Positions 26,250 to 35,146 of a stretch of 54,711 bases of DNA are shown here, in pieces. Position numbers and translations under genes: made by a program. Within the stretch, counting starts at the first letter, position 1. Every line of letters starts with the position of its first letter. A model generated the notes under the pieces. That model was given only the letters and a program-made list of their open reading frames with translations. It did no database searches and had not been told where the DNA came from. This DNA is from a virus. Lineage: Duplodnaviria > Caudoviricetes. The stretch is taken from positions 1 to 54,711 of IMG/VR virus record IMGVR_UViG_3300030119_000989; one strand, given 5' to 3'.

Positions 26250-27302
26250 ATGATCGACAGACGCAAACTATTGTTTTTCCTTACTGGCAATGCCAATCAA
26301 ATGATTGGACAATCAAGCCTGTCTGTCACTATGTCATCATCTTTATTGTCAGCCCACAAACTTCAAGGGAATTGCACGCTGGAAGTTGCTGGGAGTGCGG
26401 AACTATCAAGGGACCGGAATCATATTCGAGGGACATCAGGACTCACGGTATCTGTGCTGTCATGTGCCGTATCCCGAAAACCAACGCTAATCAGCAATGC
26501 TTTACCAACAGTATCTGCCAATGGCAACCTGTCCAGTGTAAAAAAAGTATCTGGATCATCAGGATTTGCAGTTGATACTGCAGCAGAACTCAACAGCCAG
26601 AAACTCATCGGCAGCGCTGCGATGAGCGATTACACGGCATCTGGACATCTGTCTTCCGTTCGCAAAATCACAGGCAATACCACCGCCACCATTGAAACGA
26701 CAGCACATGTGTCCAGCAGCAAACGGCTTATCGCCAGTGAAAGCTTTGCCATCAACGCGGCCATGGCCATCATCTATTACCATCAGTTTTTGCTGCATGA
26801 AGGCGATGTTGTCATTGACCAAACCAGCGGCAGTGTTCGCCAACTCGACCTTAACCACCTGCTCCCCCAGGGCCTCTGGACGCTCGGCCTGTCCTACGTG
26901 GACCAGTACGGCAGTGAATCCCCCCAGGCTATGATCGAAGTGGAATTTGACGCTGATGGTCATGTGGTCAGTCAACTACGTGAGATTGACACGATCGAAG
27001 CGGCAGCACTGGCAGGTGGCTACATCGCTCTGATCATCACACTGGAAGACAAGCAAGCCTGGCACCGCAATCCGATGGGCTTTGAAGTGTTCGATACATC
27101 TTCGCAGATGGTCATCGGCACGATCGCGGCATCTGGCAACGGCGCGTACATCACCGAAGCGACAGCCGGACCATTTACACACGGACTGACCAAGCGACTG
27201 AAGGTGCGGCCGTATGATGCTACAGGCTATGGGGTGTGGTCGAATGTGCCGTCGGTAGTGGTGGATTCTGAAGGGCCAGTGGCGCCGGTGGTGGTGGGGT
27301 AA
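26250..27302 (+). CDS. Putative virion structural protein with S/T/A-rich repeats
   Basis: Repeats of about 21 aa (ANGNLSSVKKVSGS, ASGHLSSVRKITGN) and an Fn3-like C-terminus. Confidence 0.55.
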   Translation: MIDRRKLLFFLTGNANQMIGQSSLSVTMSSSLLSAHKLQGNCTLEVAGSAELSRDRNHIRGTSGLTVSVLSCAVSRKPTLISNALPTVSANGNLSSVKKVSGSSGFAVDTAAELNSQKLIGSAAMSDYTASGHLSSVRKITGNTTATIETTAHVSSSKRLIASESFAINAAMAIIYYHQFLLHEGDVVIDQTSGSVRQLDLNHLLPQGLWTLGLSYVDQYGSESPQAMIEVEFDADGHVVSQLREIDTIEAAALAGGYIALIITLEDKQAWHRNPMGFEVFDTSSQMVIGTIAASGNGAYITEATAGPFTHGLTKRLKVRPYDATGYGVWSNVPSVVVDSEGPVAPVVVG

Positions 27303-27343
27303 AACCGCCATGCCCCATTTTCTGTCACAACTCGACAAGTACC
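27300..27343 (+). promoter_or_regulatory. Putative late promoter motif, copy 2
   Basis: TAAA-ACCGCC-N26-CAAGTACC, seven nt before the terS ATG. Confidence 0.6.
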
Positions 27344-27350
27344 TGTCGAG

Positions 27351-27842
27351 ATGGCCAACAAACCGACACAAAAAGAGAAAGAGCACCGCATCGCCAAGGT
27401 TTTGAAGATGCTCGTCGACGGCTATACCAAGGGAGAAATCAAGCGCGAATGCCGTGAGCGGTTCGATGCATCAGCACGGACTGTCGAGCGTTACCTGCAA
27501 CAAGCCCGCAATCTACTGATCGAGGAGTTGGAAGAGCCAATTGAAGCCATCAAGGCCCGCAGCCTCACGCTATACCGCTCAATCATTAATGATCGTAAAG
27601 CCACACTGCTCGACAAGGTCCGCGCTCAGAAGCGCATCGACAAGATCATGGGCCTTGAGGCGCCGCTCAAGCACGAGGTTTCCGGCCGTGATGGTCGCCC
27701 CATTCAAACGCAGATGATCGATCCGGCCAAGGCTACGAAGATTGCTGGTGATCCGGCTATGGCTGCACATGCTGAAGCACTTGGCCTGACACTTGGTTTG
27801 CCCACGGGCGAAATCACAGATGACGAGGGTGACAGTGAATGA
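27351..27842 (+). CDS. Terminase small subunit
   Basis: N-terminal HTH; KIMGLEAPLKHEVSGRDGRPIQ; directly upstream of terL. Confidence 0.8.
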   Translation: MANKPTQKEKEHRIAKVLKMLVDGYTKGEIKRECRERFDASARTVERYLQQARNLLIEELEEPIEAIKARSLTLYRSIINDRKATLLDKVRAQKRIDKIMGLEAPLKHEVSGRDGRPIQTQMIDPAKATKIAGDPAMAAHAEALGLTLGLPTGEITDDEGDSE

Positions 27843-29319
27843 ACCTGCCATCCAAGAAATCGACTGGCATAAAGTGCCGCGTGAAGTTGCCTGCTCACGC
27901 CCGGACTGGTTTGCGGCCTGGGTCACGCGGGACGATCCACCTGCTTTGCAGTACCAGGTGTTTGAGCACATCGCCTATATCGCCAACATCGTGACACGTG
28001 CCATCCGCAAGGGTAAGGGTCGTTTGATCATCAACCTGCCACCGCAGCATGGCAAAAGCCTGTTCCTATGTCGCTGGCTGGTTGTCTGGATCCTCGAACA
28101 CTGGCCTGATCTACGGATCGTCTCCGCTTCGTACTCTAAGGATCTGATTTACGGGCACTCCAGCTTTGCACGAGATCAATTCGACCAGCGTCAGGAACTC
28201 AACACCAGTTTGAAGCATGACAACAAAGCTGTTGGCCGATGGAACACACACACCGGACTGGGTGGGCTCTATAGCACTACCATTGGCGGTGCAATCTCCG
28301 GATTCTCGATGGATGTGGGTTTGGTAGATGACCCGTACAAAGACTGGGCAGACGCATGGTCCCCTGCCACCCGTCGCAAGGTCAAACAATGGTTCGACTC
28401 TGCGTTCTACACACGAAAGCAGGAGAACACCACCATGATCATCCTGCATACCAGGTGGCACCCAGATGATCTCTCCGGCTACCTGCTCAAAGATCACCCT
28501 GACGATTGGCAACTTATTCGATTGCCAGCCATTGCCGAACAAGGCGATCCCATGCGTCGTTATATCGGTTCACCGCTCTGCCCGCAGCTGCACACACTCG
28601 AATCACTCATGGGCAACAAGCAATCGCAAGGCATCTGGGACGCGGTCTATCAACAGGATCCCAAAGGCTTGGGTGATGACGCTCTTTACAAGCATTTCAG
28701 CGAGACTCGAAACGTCAGCGATACTGTTTTACTCAATTATGACCTGCCGCTACACATCTCAATCGACTTCAACAAACGCCCAGGTAGCCACATGCTCATT
28801 GGCCAATACGACAAAGACGCGGACATGATTACCACCGTCGATGAGATTTACGGCGACCGGTGGGACACGATCCAGATCATGCGGGACTTCACAGATCGCT
28901 GGTGGCCACAGAACTGCAAGCACAAATCGTTTTCAGAAATCAACGTGTTTGGAGACAGTGCGGGACGCTCCGAATCCATTTACACCAGTGATAGCGGCTA
29001 CAGGATCATGCAACGTGTATTGCAACCGCTGGGCGTACCGGTCTACAAACGAGTACCCAAGAAAGCCCCGGATATCATCGACAGCGTGTTGGCCACCAAT
29101 GACGCTCTGTCAGACATCAACGGGCAGGTGCATTGGCTCATTCATCCACGATGCAAGAAGCTGATCCGCGACCTGCGGGAAGTGATGCCTGATGAGTATG
29201 GCAAGCCGGACAAGGATGCTGATTTTACACTGACCCACGCCTCAGACGCGGAACGCTACAGGGTACATCGAATCAGGCCGTTGAGGATAAATGAGCCAAG
29301 CGGTCGTGTGAATGTGTGA
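27820..29319 (+). CDS. Terminase large subunit
   Basis: Walker A INLPPQHGKS, Walker B VGLVDDP, coupling HTRWH, nuclease ISIDFN and HASDAERY. Confidence 0.95.
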   Translation: MTRVTVNEPAIQEIDWHKVPREVACSRPDWFAAWVTRDDPPALQYQVFEHIAYIANIVTRAIRKGKGRLIINLPPQHGKSLFLCRWLVVWILEHWPDLRIVSASYSKDLIYGHSSFARDQFDQRQELNTSLKHDNKAVGRWNTHTGLGGLYSTTIGGAISGFSMDVGLVDDPYKDWADAWSPATRRKVKQWFDSAFYTRKQENTTMIILHTRWHPDDLSGYLLKDHPDDWQLIRLPAIAEQGDPMRRYIGSPLCPQLHTLESLMGNKQSQGIWDAVYQQDPKGLGDDALYKHFSETRNVSDTVLLNYDLPLHISIDFNKRPGSHMLIGQYDKDADMITTVDEIYGDRWDTIQIMRDFTDRWWPQNCKHKSFSEINVFGDSAGRSESIYTSDSGYRIMQRVLQPLGVPVYKRVPKKAPDIIDSVLATNDALSDINGQVHWLIHPRCKKLIRDLREVMPDEYGKPDKDADFTLTHASDAERYRVHRIRPLRINEPSGRVNV

Positions 29320-29360
29320 CACCGCCCCTACACATTTGAAACTTTTTTTCTCCAACCACA
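29317..29360 (+). promoter_or_regulatory. Putative late promoter motif, copy 3
   Basis: TGAC-ACCGCC-N26-CAACCACA upstream of the small TM gene and portal. Confidence 0.75.
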
Positions 29361-29395
29361 TGGCATAACCCTGATACCCCGGACGGAGAACGCCC

Positions 29396-29596
29396 GTGTT
29401 TGAATTAATCGCCATGCGGTCTGCATCAGCAGCACTGGCCACAATCACTTTTGCCACCGCCACGGTCGTAAGCGAAAGCTCGTTGATTCCCTTGGGGTTA
29501 GTCATCATCGCATGCGGCATTACTTGGAAAGCCGCTAGCAAACTCACCGATCTTGAAGCCCGCGTGAAAGCCTTGGAGAACAAGTCCAATGGCTGA
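29396..29596 (+). CDS. Small membrane protein, holin-like
   Basis: Hydrophobic segments followed by a charged coiled-coil tail; GGAG RBS. Confidence 0.45.
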   Translation: MFELIAMRSASAALATITFATATVVSESSLIPLGLVIIACGITWKAASKLTDLEARVKALENKSNG

Positions 29597-30899
29597 AAAG
29601 CCCAACGATCTTAAAAACAAGCCTGTAATCGGCGAGCAAACCGGATCACAGGGAACTTCTGCCGGTATCTCGACGTTCATGCAGATCCCCGGCTTGGATG
29701 CAACACCTGCAGGTACATATCAGACTTATCGCTCCATGCTCATGGACCCCACCATTGCACTGGCTCGTGCCGTGGTCATGTCCCCTCTCGTCTGCAACAC
29801 ATGGTCGGTTAAATCCACGGATGGCACGCCGGAAGATCGCGTGTCATTCATTGAAGACATGATTGATCCAATGACGCGGCACTTCGTCCGCGCCATGCTC
29901 CGCAGTCTTGACTACGGATGGGCAGGATTTGAAAAGGTTTTCGAGGTTTCAAACGGGCGATGGACGCTTAAGCGACTCAAGCCGCTGCTCCACGACATCA
30001 CACAGATCAATATTGACAGCAACGGCAAGTTCCAGGGATTCAAACAATCATCAACCGATCTCCCACGTGAAAAGGCATTGCTCTTTACCTATGACCGCGA
30101 AGGCGACAACCATTATGGCCGTCCGCGATTGGAAAACATCCGCGAAACATGGTCATGGTGGAAACAGGCCAATGAAGGTGCTGCACGGTACGACCGCAAA
30201 ATTGCAGGCGTCATGCCTGTGATTCATTATCCGCCCGGTAAATCCATAGACAAAAGCGGCATTGAACGCGACAACTACGAGATCGCCAAAGGTGTTTTAG
30301 ACAGCATTGCTGCAGGTCATGGTATCGCAGTACCCAACCGTAAAGCCATGGAAGATGATAGCGATGGCAAGGAATGGTCCATCGAGTTGATGGAAGATAA
30401 AGGTGGTCGCCAGCCCAGCTTTATCGAACGGCTGCGGTATCTGGATTCGCTCAAATTCCGTGGCTATCTTCGTCCCGAACGTTCTGCCCTTGAAGGTCAA
30501 TTCGGCACCAAGGCTGAGGCTCAAACTCACGGTGACCTTGGCCTACTCGATGGCGAGCAATTGCAGTCCGACCTTGCCGAAACGATTAATTGGCATGTGG
30601 TTGACCAACTTCTGGTTCTTAATTTCGGCGAGGATGCACGTGGGTCTGTCTACTTTGAACCCAATCCAATCCAAGACGAGTCTCGAACATTGGCACGCGA
30701 GGTCATCAAGGGCATGACCGCAACGCCTGACGGCCGCGAGTTCTTGCGAGTCTATCTGGATTTTGAACAAATCTCCGAAATGACCACGCTCCCCACGCTG
30801 CCTGACGCACCTGACCAGAGCGACAACAAATTGGTCGATGCCGACAATCCTGCCAAATCCATTATGGACGAGCTTGAGAGCACAGTCACAAAGGGGTGA
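29589..30899 (+). CDS. Portal protein (Mu gp29/DUF935-like)
   Basis: SLDYGWAGFEKVF, NHYGRPRL, AEAQTH...INWHVVDQLLVLNFG; follows terL. Confidence 0.85.
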   Translation: MAEKPNDLKNKPVIGEQTGSQGTSAGISTFMQIPGLDATPAGTYQTYRSMLMDPTIALARAVVMSPLVCNTWSVKSTDGTPEDRVSFIEDMIDPMTRHFVRAMLRSLDYGWAGFEKVFEVSNGRWTLKRLKPLLHDITQINIDSNGKFQGFKQSSTDLPREKALLFTYDREGDNHYGRPRLENIRETWSWWKQANEGAARYDRKIAGVMPVIHYPPGKSIDKSGIERDNYEIAKGVLDSIAAGHGIAVPNRKAMEDDSDGKEWSIELMEDKGGRQPSFIERLRYLDSLKFRGYLRPERSALEGQFGTKAEAQTHGDLGLLDGEQLQSDLAETINWHVVDQLLVLNFGEDARGSVYFEPNPIQDESRTLAREVIKGMTATPDGREFLRVYLDFEQISEMTTLPTLPDAPDQSDNKLVDADNPAKSIMDELESTVTKG

Positions 30900-30902
30900 T
30901 CC

Positions 30903-32657
30903 ATGACCGTCTCCCCTGAACGCCGCAAATATGCAGCAAAACTCGACGCCGACTGCGCCCGTCTGGAAAAGATCGGCATCACTGCATCACAGAAGATCGG
31001 TCGCAAGGTTCGTATGGCCGCACTAAAGGCGTATCGTGCTGGCAACGATCCTGCGGCTGCGATCAACGATCCACTTGGCGACCTGTCACCTTTATTGGTT
31101 GATGCAATGGTAGCTGCGTATCTGACTGGTCGCTGGCGTGTGCTCAAGACAGTTGAAGCACATCAAGCCAAGACGCTCAAACTATCCACTGCCTATGACA
31201 ATGCAATTCAGGCACTTAAAGCCCAAATGCACGTTGGCGGCCTGTCCATTGATCAACTGCGAAATGCGTTTGTGCCTGATGCGTTGGTCAAGCTGCAAGA
31301 TATCAATCGAGTGGTCGGCGGAAAGATAACCACCAAGATGCTGGAACTCACCCAGCGTCAGGCACATGTCGGCACGGGAATCCGTGAATTACAGCAGGTG
31401 TTTAAAGCCGCCGGCATCACTCCCGAAAACAGCTACACGCTCGAAAACATCTTTCGCACTCAAACACAACTGGCCTATAGTGCCGGTCGATGGGCAGCAT
31501 TGCATGAGCCGGAGATTGATGAGATTTTATGGGGGTTTGAGTATTCAACCGTCGGTGACGACAGGGTCCGTTCAAGCCATAATGCAATGGACGGAACGCG
31601 ACTTCCCAAAGATCATTCATTCTGGCAAACCAACTGGCCACCCAATGGATGGTCATGTCGATGCCAGGCGTTGGAGATTTTTGAAGGTGATGATCTGGCC
31701 AAGGCAAGCAAGATCATCCTGCCAAGCCCCAAGACGGTTGATGGCGTGGCTTTTCAGCCCCAAGCGGATCGTGGTTTTGAGTTTAATCCGGGACAGGCGT
31801 ATAGCGTTCCGAATATTGACCCGTTACCAGTTGTGAAACCCAAGCCGGAAGACAAACCAGTTCCGGTTGATCCCACCCTGGTCGTGCAGGACGTGCCTGC
31901 TCGTGTCACGCCGGTTAAACCAGCATCAAAACCCAAGAAAACACCCAAACAAAATGCGAAAAAACCATCCACTACGCCAAAGTCGAACAAGAAGCCAACG
32001 GTTAAGCCCGTCCCCCCAATACCAACCGTCAAAACTCAGCACGCCAAAAACTTGGTTAATTACAATGTACGCAGCAAAAACGCCAAGCACATTGCAAATG
32101 CCATGGAGTCGATCAATAGCGTGCACGGCGTTCCCAAGGGCATGCGGATTCTTGATGTGCGTGATAACAACAGTTCAACTTATGGCGAGTATGTCTTCGG
32201 GGAGCGTACTGGTTCGCCTTTCTACTTCAAGTTGACAACAAAAGGCAATCGTCAAGGATTCGCCATGCTGCATGAGATGGGGCATTATCTCGACCACCAC
32301 GGAATCGGTACGCCCGGCAAGTTTGATTCTAAAACAGGTGGTCAATCAAGTGTTGTCCTTGAGCAAATCAAAAAGTCTAAGGCTTACACAAAGCTGAAAA
32401 CAAAGCGGGATGAATATGCAGCAGCCAAAAACAAATCTATGGTCAAGCATCTTGATTATCTACTAAATGATGACGAGCTTTTTGCCCGCGGATACTCTCA
32501 ACATATTGCAATTAAATCGAAAAATGCGAAAATACTAGAAGAGTTAAACGAATGGCGTAAAAACAAAGAGATTTCCTATCAATGGGACGATGACGATTTC
32601 AAGGAAATATCCAGCGCTTTTGACCAAATGTTCAGTAATCTTGGATGGGCCAAGTGA
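30903..32657 (+). CDS. MuF / SPP1 gp7 minor head protein with C-terminal HEXXH metallopeptidase-like extension
   Basis: IFRTQTQLAYSAGRW, YSTVGDDRVRSSH, PPNGWSCRC; P/K-rich linker; HEMGH...ELFAR. Confidence 0.88.
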   Translation: MTVSPERRKYAAKLDADCARLEKIGITASQKIGRKVRMAALKAYRAGNDPAAAINDPLGDLSPLLVDAMVAAYLTGRWRVLKTVEAHQAKTLKLSTAYDNAIQALKAQMHVGGLSIDQLRNAFVPDALVKLQDINRVVGGKITTKMLELTQRQAHVGTGIRELQQVFKAAGITPENSYTLENIFRTQTQLAYSAGRWAALHEPEIDEILWGFEYSTVGDDRVRSSHNAMDGTRLPKDHSFWQTNWPPNGWSCRCQALEIFEGDDLAKASKIILPSPKTVDGVAFQPQADRGFEFNPGQAYSVPNIDPLPVVKPKPEDKPVPVDPTLVVQDVPARVTPVKPASKPKKTPKQNAKKPSTTPKSNKKPTVKPVPPIPTVKTQHAKNLVNYNVRSKNAKHIANAMESINSVHGVPKGMRILDVRDNNSSTYGEYVFGERTGSPFYFKLTTKGNRQGFAMLHEMGHYLDHHGIGTPGKFDSKTGGQSSVVLEQIKKSKAYTKLKTKRDEYAAAKNKSMVKHLDYLLNDDELFARGYSQHIAIKSKNAKILEELNEWRKNKEISYQWDDDDFKEISSAFDQMFSNLGWAK

Positions 32658-32890
32658 TGCATACACCACTTCAACTACTCAGCATGGATTTCGACGACGC
32701 AGTCGATGCAGTCATGCAGGATACGCCAGGTATTGAACGCAATGTGGCTGAGCAGGTTGTCAATACTGTATTCACCGGTGGTGATGTTGTTGCGATTGAT
32801 GAGAGCGATATTCCTGCATACGAGTCCGACCCTGATAGCTTCCTTAAGGCTCGGCAGCGTCAAAAATACCTTTCTGAGCAACCGTCATAA
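32657..32890 (+). CDS. Small acidic protein, candidate MuF immunity protein
   Basis: ATG overlaps the MuF stop (TGATG); 77 aa, acidic. Confidence 0.5.
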   Translation: MHTPLQLLSMDFDDAVDAVMQDTPGIERNVAEQVVNTVFTGGDVVAIDESDIPAYESDPDSFLKARQRQKYLSEQPS

Positions 32891-32931
32891 CACCGCCCTT
32901 CTCTCCTTCTGACGCCCGGCAGGTAACCACC
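32888..32931 (+). promoter_or_regulatory. Putative late promoter motif, copy 4
   Basis: TAAC-ACCGCC-N26-TAACCACC, five nt before ATG 32937. Confidence 0.75.
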
Positions 32932-32936
32932 TGTCG

Positions 32937-33155
32937 ATGCCCACCGACACTATCATCATTGAGATCACGCCATCCGAGGATGGGTTCCGCGCCCAGTCTT
33001 TCGGTCAGGAGCCGCGCGTTGTCGGTACGGGTGAATCTGCCCTCGCTGCACTTGATGACCTGGTAAACGACTGGCACCGCGCCCGCACAATCAATCCTGA
33101 TTTTAATCCCGGACCGTCTGCCTCAATTCCGAAAGCGACGGTGGCACGTGGATAA
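32937..33155 (+). CDS. Small hypothetical protein
   Basis: ORF immediately after the promoter motif; overlaps the next gene start. Confidence 0.55.
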   Translation: MPTDTIIIEITPSEDGFRAQSFGQEPRVVGTGESALAALDDLVNDWHRARTINPDFNPGPSASIPKATVARG

Positions 33156-34281
33156 CATTCTCGTCCCATACGCACTGGCATCACTTGGTTCAGAGCCAAT
33201 CGCCCTATCCAGCAAAAGTGGCTACCGCTTTCGCAAAGATGCGGCCAAAGTCGGCAATTGGATCGCCCGCAATCCCATTGATGGGTCTGACCTCAAACTG
33301 GAAATCACCCGTGAACGTATCGCTGAGTGGGTCGCAAAAAACAAGTTGATGCGAAACAACGGCGTGAGTGTGGACCTCACCAAAGACCACAAACGTGGTG
33401 CCGACTCCAAGATCGGCAAGGTTGACACCCTCGACATGGATGGCGATCTGCTGATGTTTGAGTCCACCGCTGCTGATGACGATGCTGCAAAGCTTTGCCA
33501 GCGTTGCAACGAGGTGAGTATTGAGATTCACCCAGACTACAAAGACTCCAAAGGTAACAGCTACGGCGAGGCGATCACTGCGATCACCGTGTGTCGCAAT
33601 CCTGTCATCACAGGCCAGCAACCGTTTGTCCCAATCGCTGCTTCACGCGACACCGCCTCTCCACACCTAATCATTTTTTCTCTCAACCAACCTGACGTAA
33701 CCAAAACACCTTCACAGGAGAGTGACATGCTCACCAAGGAACAGATCGCCGAAGCCAAAAAGAAACTCGGCCTTGCCGACGATACTGCTGACGCCAAGGT
33801 CGCTGAGACGATTATGCTCAGCCTGGACGCCCCTGCCAAAATCAGCACATTGCAATCCGACTTGGACAAGTCCAAGCAGACTGTTGCCGACTTGCAGACC
33901 AAGCTCGCTGCCGCTCCTGCCGCTCCTGTGCAGTTGTCCCGCGAAGTGCTGGCGCTGTCCAAGGACGCACTGAACACCAAACTCGGTTCGCTGGTCGACA
34001 AGTGCTGCATCACACCGGCTGTCAAGGATAAGCTCGAAGCCGAATTGTCCACGCCGATCATGCTCAGCATTGGCGACGGCCAAGACCGTCCGTCCTACGC
34101 CAAGATCGTCGACATCCTCGCCGAAAACAAGGCTGGCGAACTGGCCAAGCTACTCGGCGAAAAAACCGGTGTGCAGACTACCAACCTGTCCCGCGACATC
34201 CCTGATGGTGACGCTGAGCAGGAAGAAAAAGAACTCAAAGAACTTGCCGAACGCACCCGCAAAGCTGCTGGCGGCAAATGA
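33148..34281 (+). CDS. Prohead protease/scaffold (Mu gpI-like)
   Basis: DLTKDH (His), EVSIEI (Ser), AITVCRNPVI; helical C-terminal half. Confidence 0.8.
   Translation: MDNILVPYALASLGSEPIALSSKSGYRFRKDAAKVGNWIARNPIDGSDLKLEITRERIAEWVAKNKLMRNNGVSVDLTKDHKRGADSKIGKVDTLDMDGDLLMFESTAADDDAAKLCQRCNEVSIEIHPDYKDSKGNSYGEAITAITVCRNPVITGQQPFVPIAASRDTASPHLIIFSLNQPDVTKTPSQESDMLTKEQIAEAKKKLGLADDTADAKVAETIMLSLDAPAKISTLQSDLDKSKQTVADLQTKLAAAPAAPVQLSREVLALSKDALNTKLGSLVDKCCITPAVKDKLEAELSTPIMLSIGDGQDRPSYAKIVDILAENKAGELAKLLGEKTGVQTTNLSRDIPDGDAEQEEKELKELAERTRKAAGGK
33648..33691 (+). promoter_or_regulatory. Putative late promoter motif, copy 5 (internal to the protease gene)
   Basis: CGAC-ACCGCC-N26-CAACCAAC upstream of AGGAG-N6-ATG at 33727. 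Confidence 0.7.
33727..34281 (+). CDS. Scaffold protein from an internal in-frame start (Mu gpZ-like)
   Basis: In-frame ATG with an AGGAG RBS and its own upstream motif copy. Confidence 0.65.
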   Translation: MLTKEQIAEAKKKLGLADDTADAKVAETIMLSLDAPAKISTLQSDLDKSKQTVADLQTKLAAAPAAPVQLSREVLALSKDALNTKLGSLVDKCCITPAVKDKLEAELSTPIMLSIGDGQDRPSYAKIVDILAENKAGELAKLLGEKTGVQTTNLSRDIPDGDAEQEEKELKELAERTRKAAGGK

Positions 34282-34336
34282 ACTGACCAATCCATGCGGT
34301 AGTGACCGCTGAACCATCCAATTTGGAGAACCCATC

Positions 34337-35113
34337 ATGGGAAGCTTTGGACGAGAAATCAAAGATACAACTGGTCGCCCTATCCAAGTGAGTGCAGACG
34401 GTCGGCCTGAATGGAAGGTCGGCGGCATCACCGTTGACTGGTCTACCGTTGACTCCCTGACCGCTGAAGAAACGCTGACAGATGGCACTGTCGTCAAAAT
34501 CGGCGACAAGGTGCTGCCATACGGCACTGTCTTGGCTCACATCACCCTTGGTGAAGTGCAGACCATTGACCTGTCTGGCGATGCTGACCCCAACGGTGGC
34601 ACATTCACCATCTCATACGATGGCCAGACCACTGACACTATTGCATACAACGCGAGTGCGCAGGTCGTGCAGGACGCATTGTACGCCCTCTCGAACATCG
34701 ATCCCGGCGACGTGGTAGTGAGTAAATCAAGCTTTGTCTACACGCTGACATGGCGTAAAGCCCTCGGTAATGTCGCCGAAGTCACCGTGGATGAATCCTC
34801 GCTTGAATCCGGTGGCAGCATCACTGTGACCATCGCAACTTCGACCGGCGGCACTGACTCTGGCAAGTATGGTCCAGCTGACACCACCGCTTCTGACGGT
34901 CGCCAATCCCTTGAGCGTGGCAATGTGTACATCCTCGACGAAACCGTTGTGTACAGCGAGCCAGGCTCAGACCACCCGGCAGTGTTCGAAGGCGGTCGTA
35001 TCTGGGAGCAACGTCTGCAGGTCGGTGTGACCCGCGATGGCTACACCCAGCCCGCTTTGTCTACCGTGCTGACTGCGATGCCCCGGCTGCAACTGGTCCG
35101 CGAATCCAACTGA
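34337..35113 (+). CDS. Head decoration protein with inserted beta domain
   Basis: Position before the capsid gene; KVLPYGTVLAHIT...SGKYGPADTTASDGRQ split by an EVQT...GGTFTISYDGQTT insert. Confidence 0.7.
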   Translation: MGSFGREIKDTTGRPIQVSADGRPEWKVGGITVDWSTVDSLTAEETLTDGTVVKIGDKVLPYGTVLAHITLGEVQTIDLSGDADPNGGTFTISYDGQTTDTIAYNASAQVVQDALYALSNIDPGDVVVSKSSFVYTLTWRKALGNVAEVTVDESSLESGGSITVTIATSTGGTDSGKYGPADTTASDGRQSLERGNVYILDETVVYSEPGSDHPAVFEGGRIWEQRLQVGVTRDGYTQPALSTVLTAMPRLQLVRESN

Positions 35114-35146
35114 TTTTCTGAACTGTGAATTAACCATCGGCCACGA

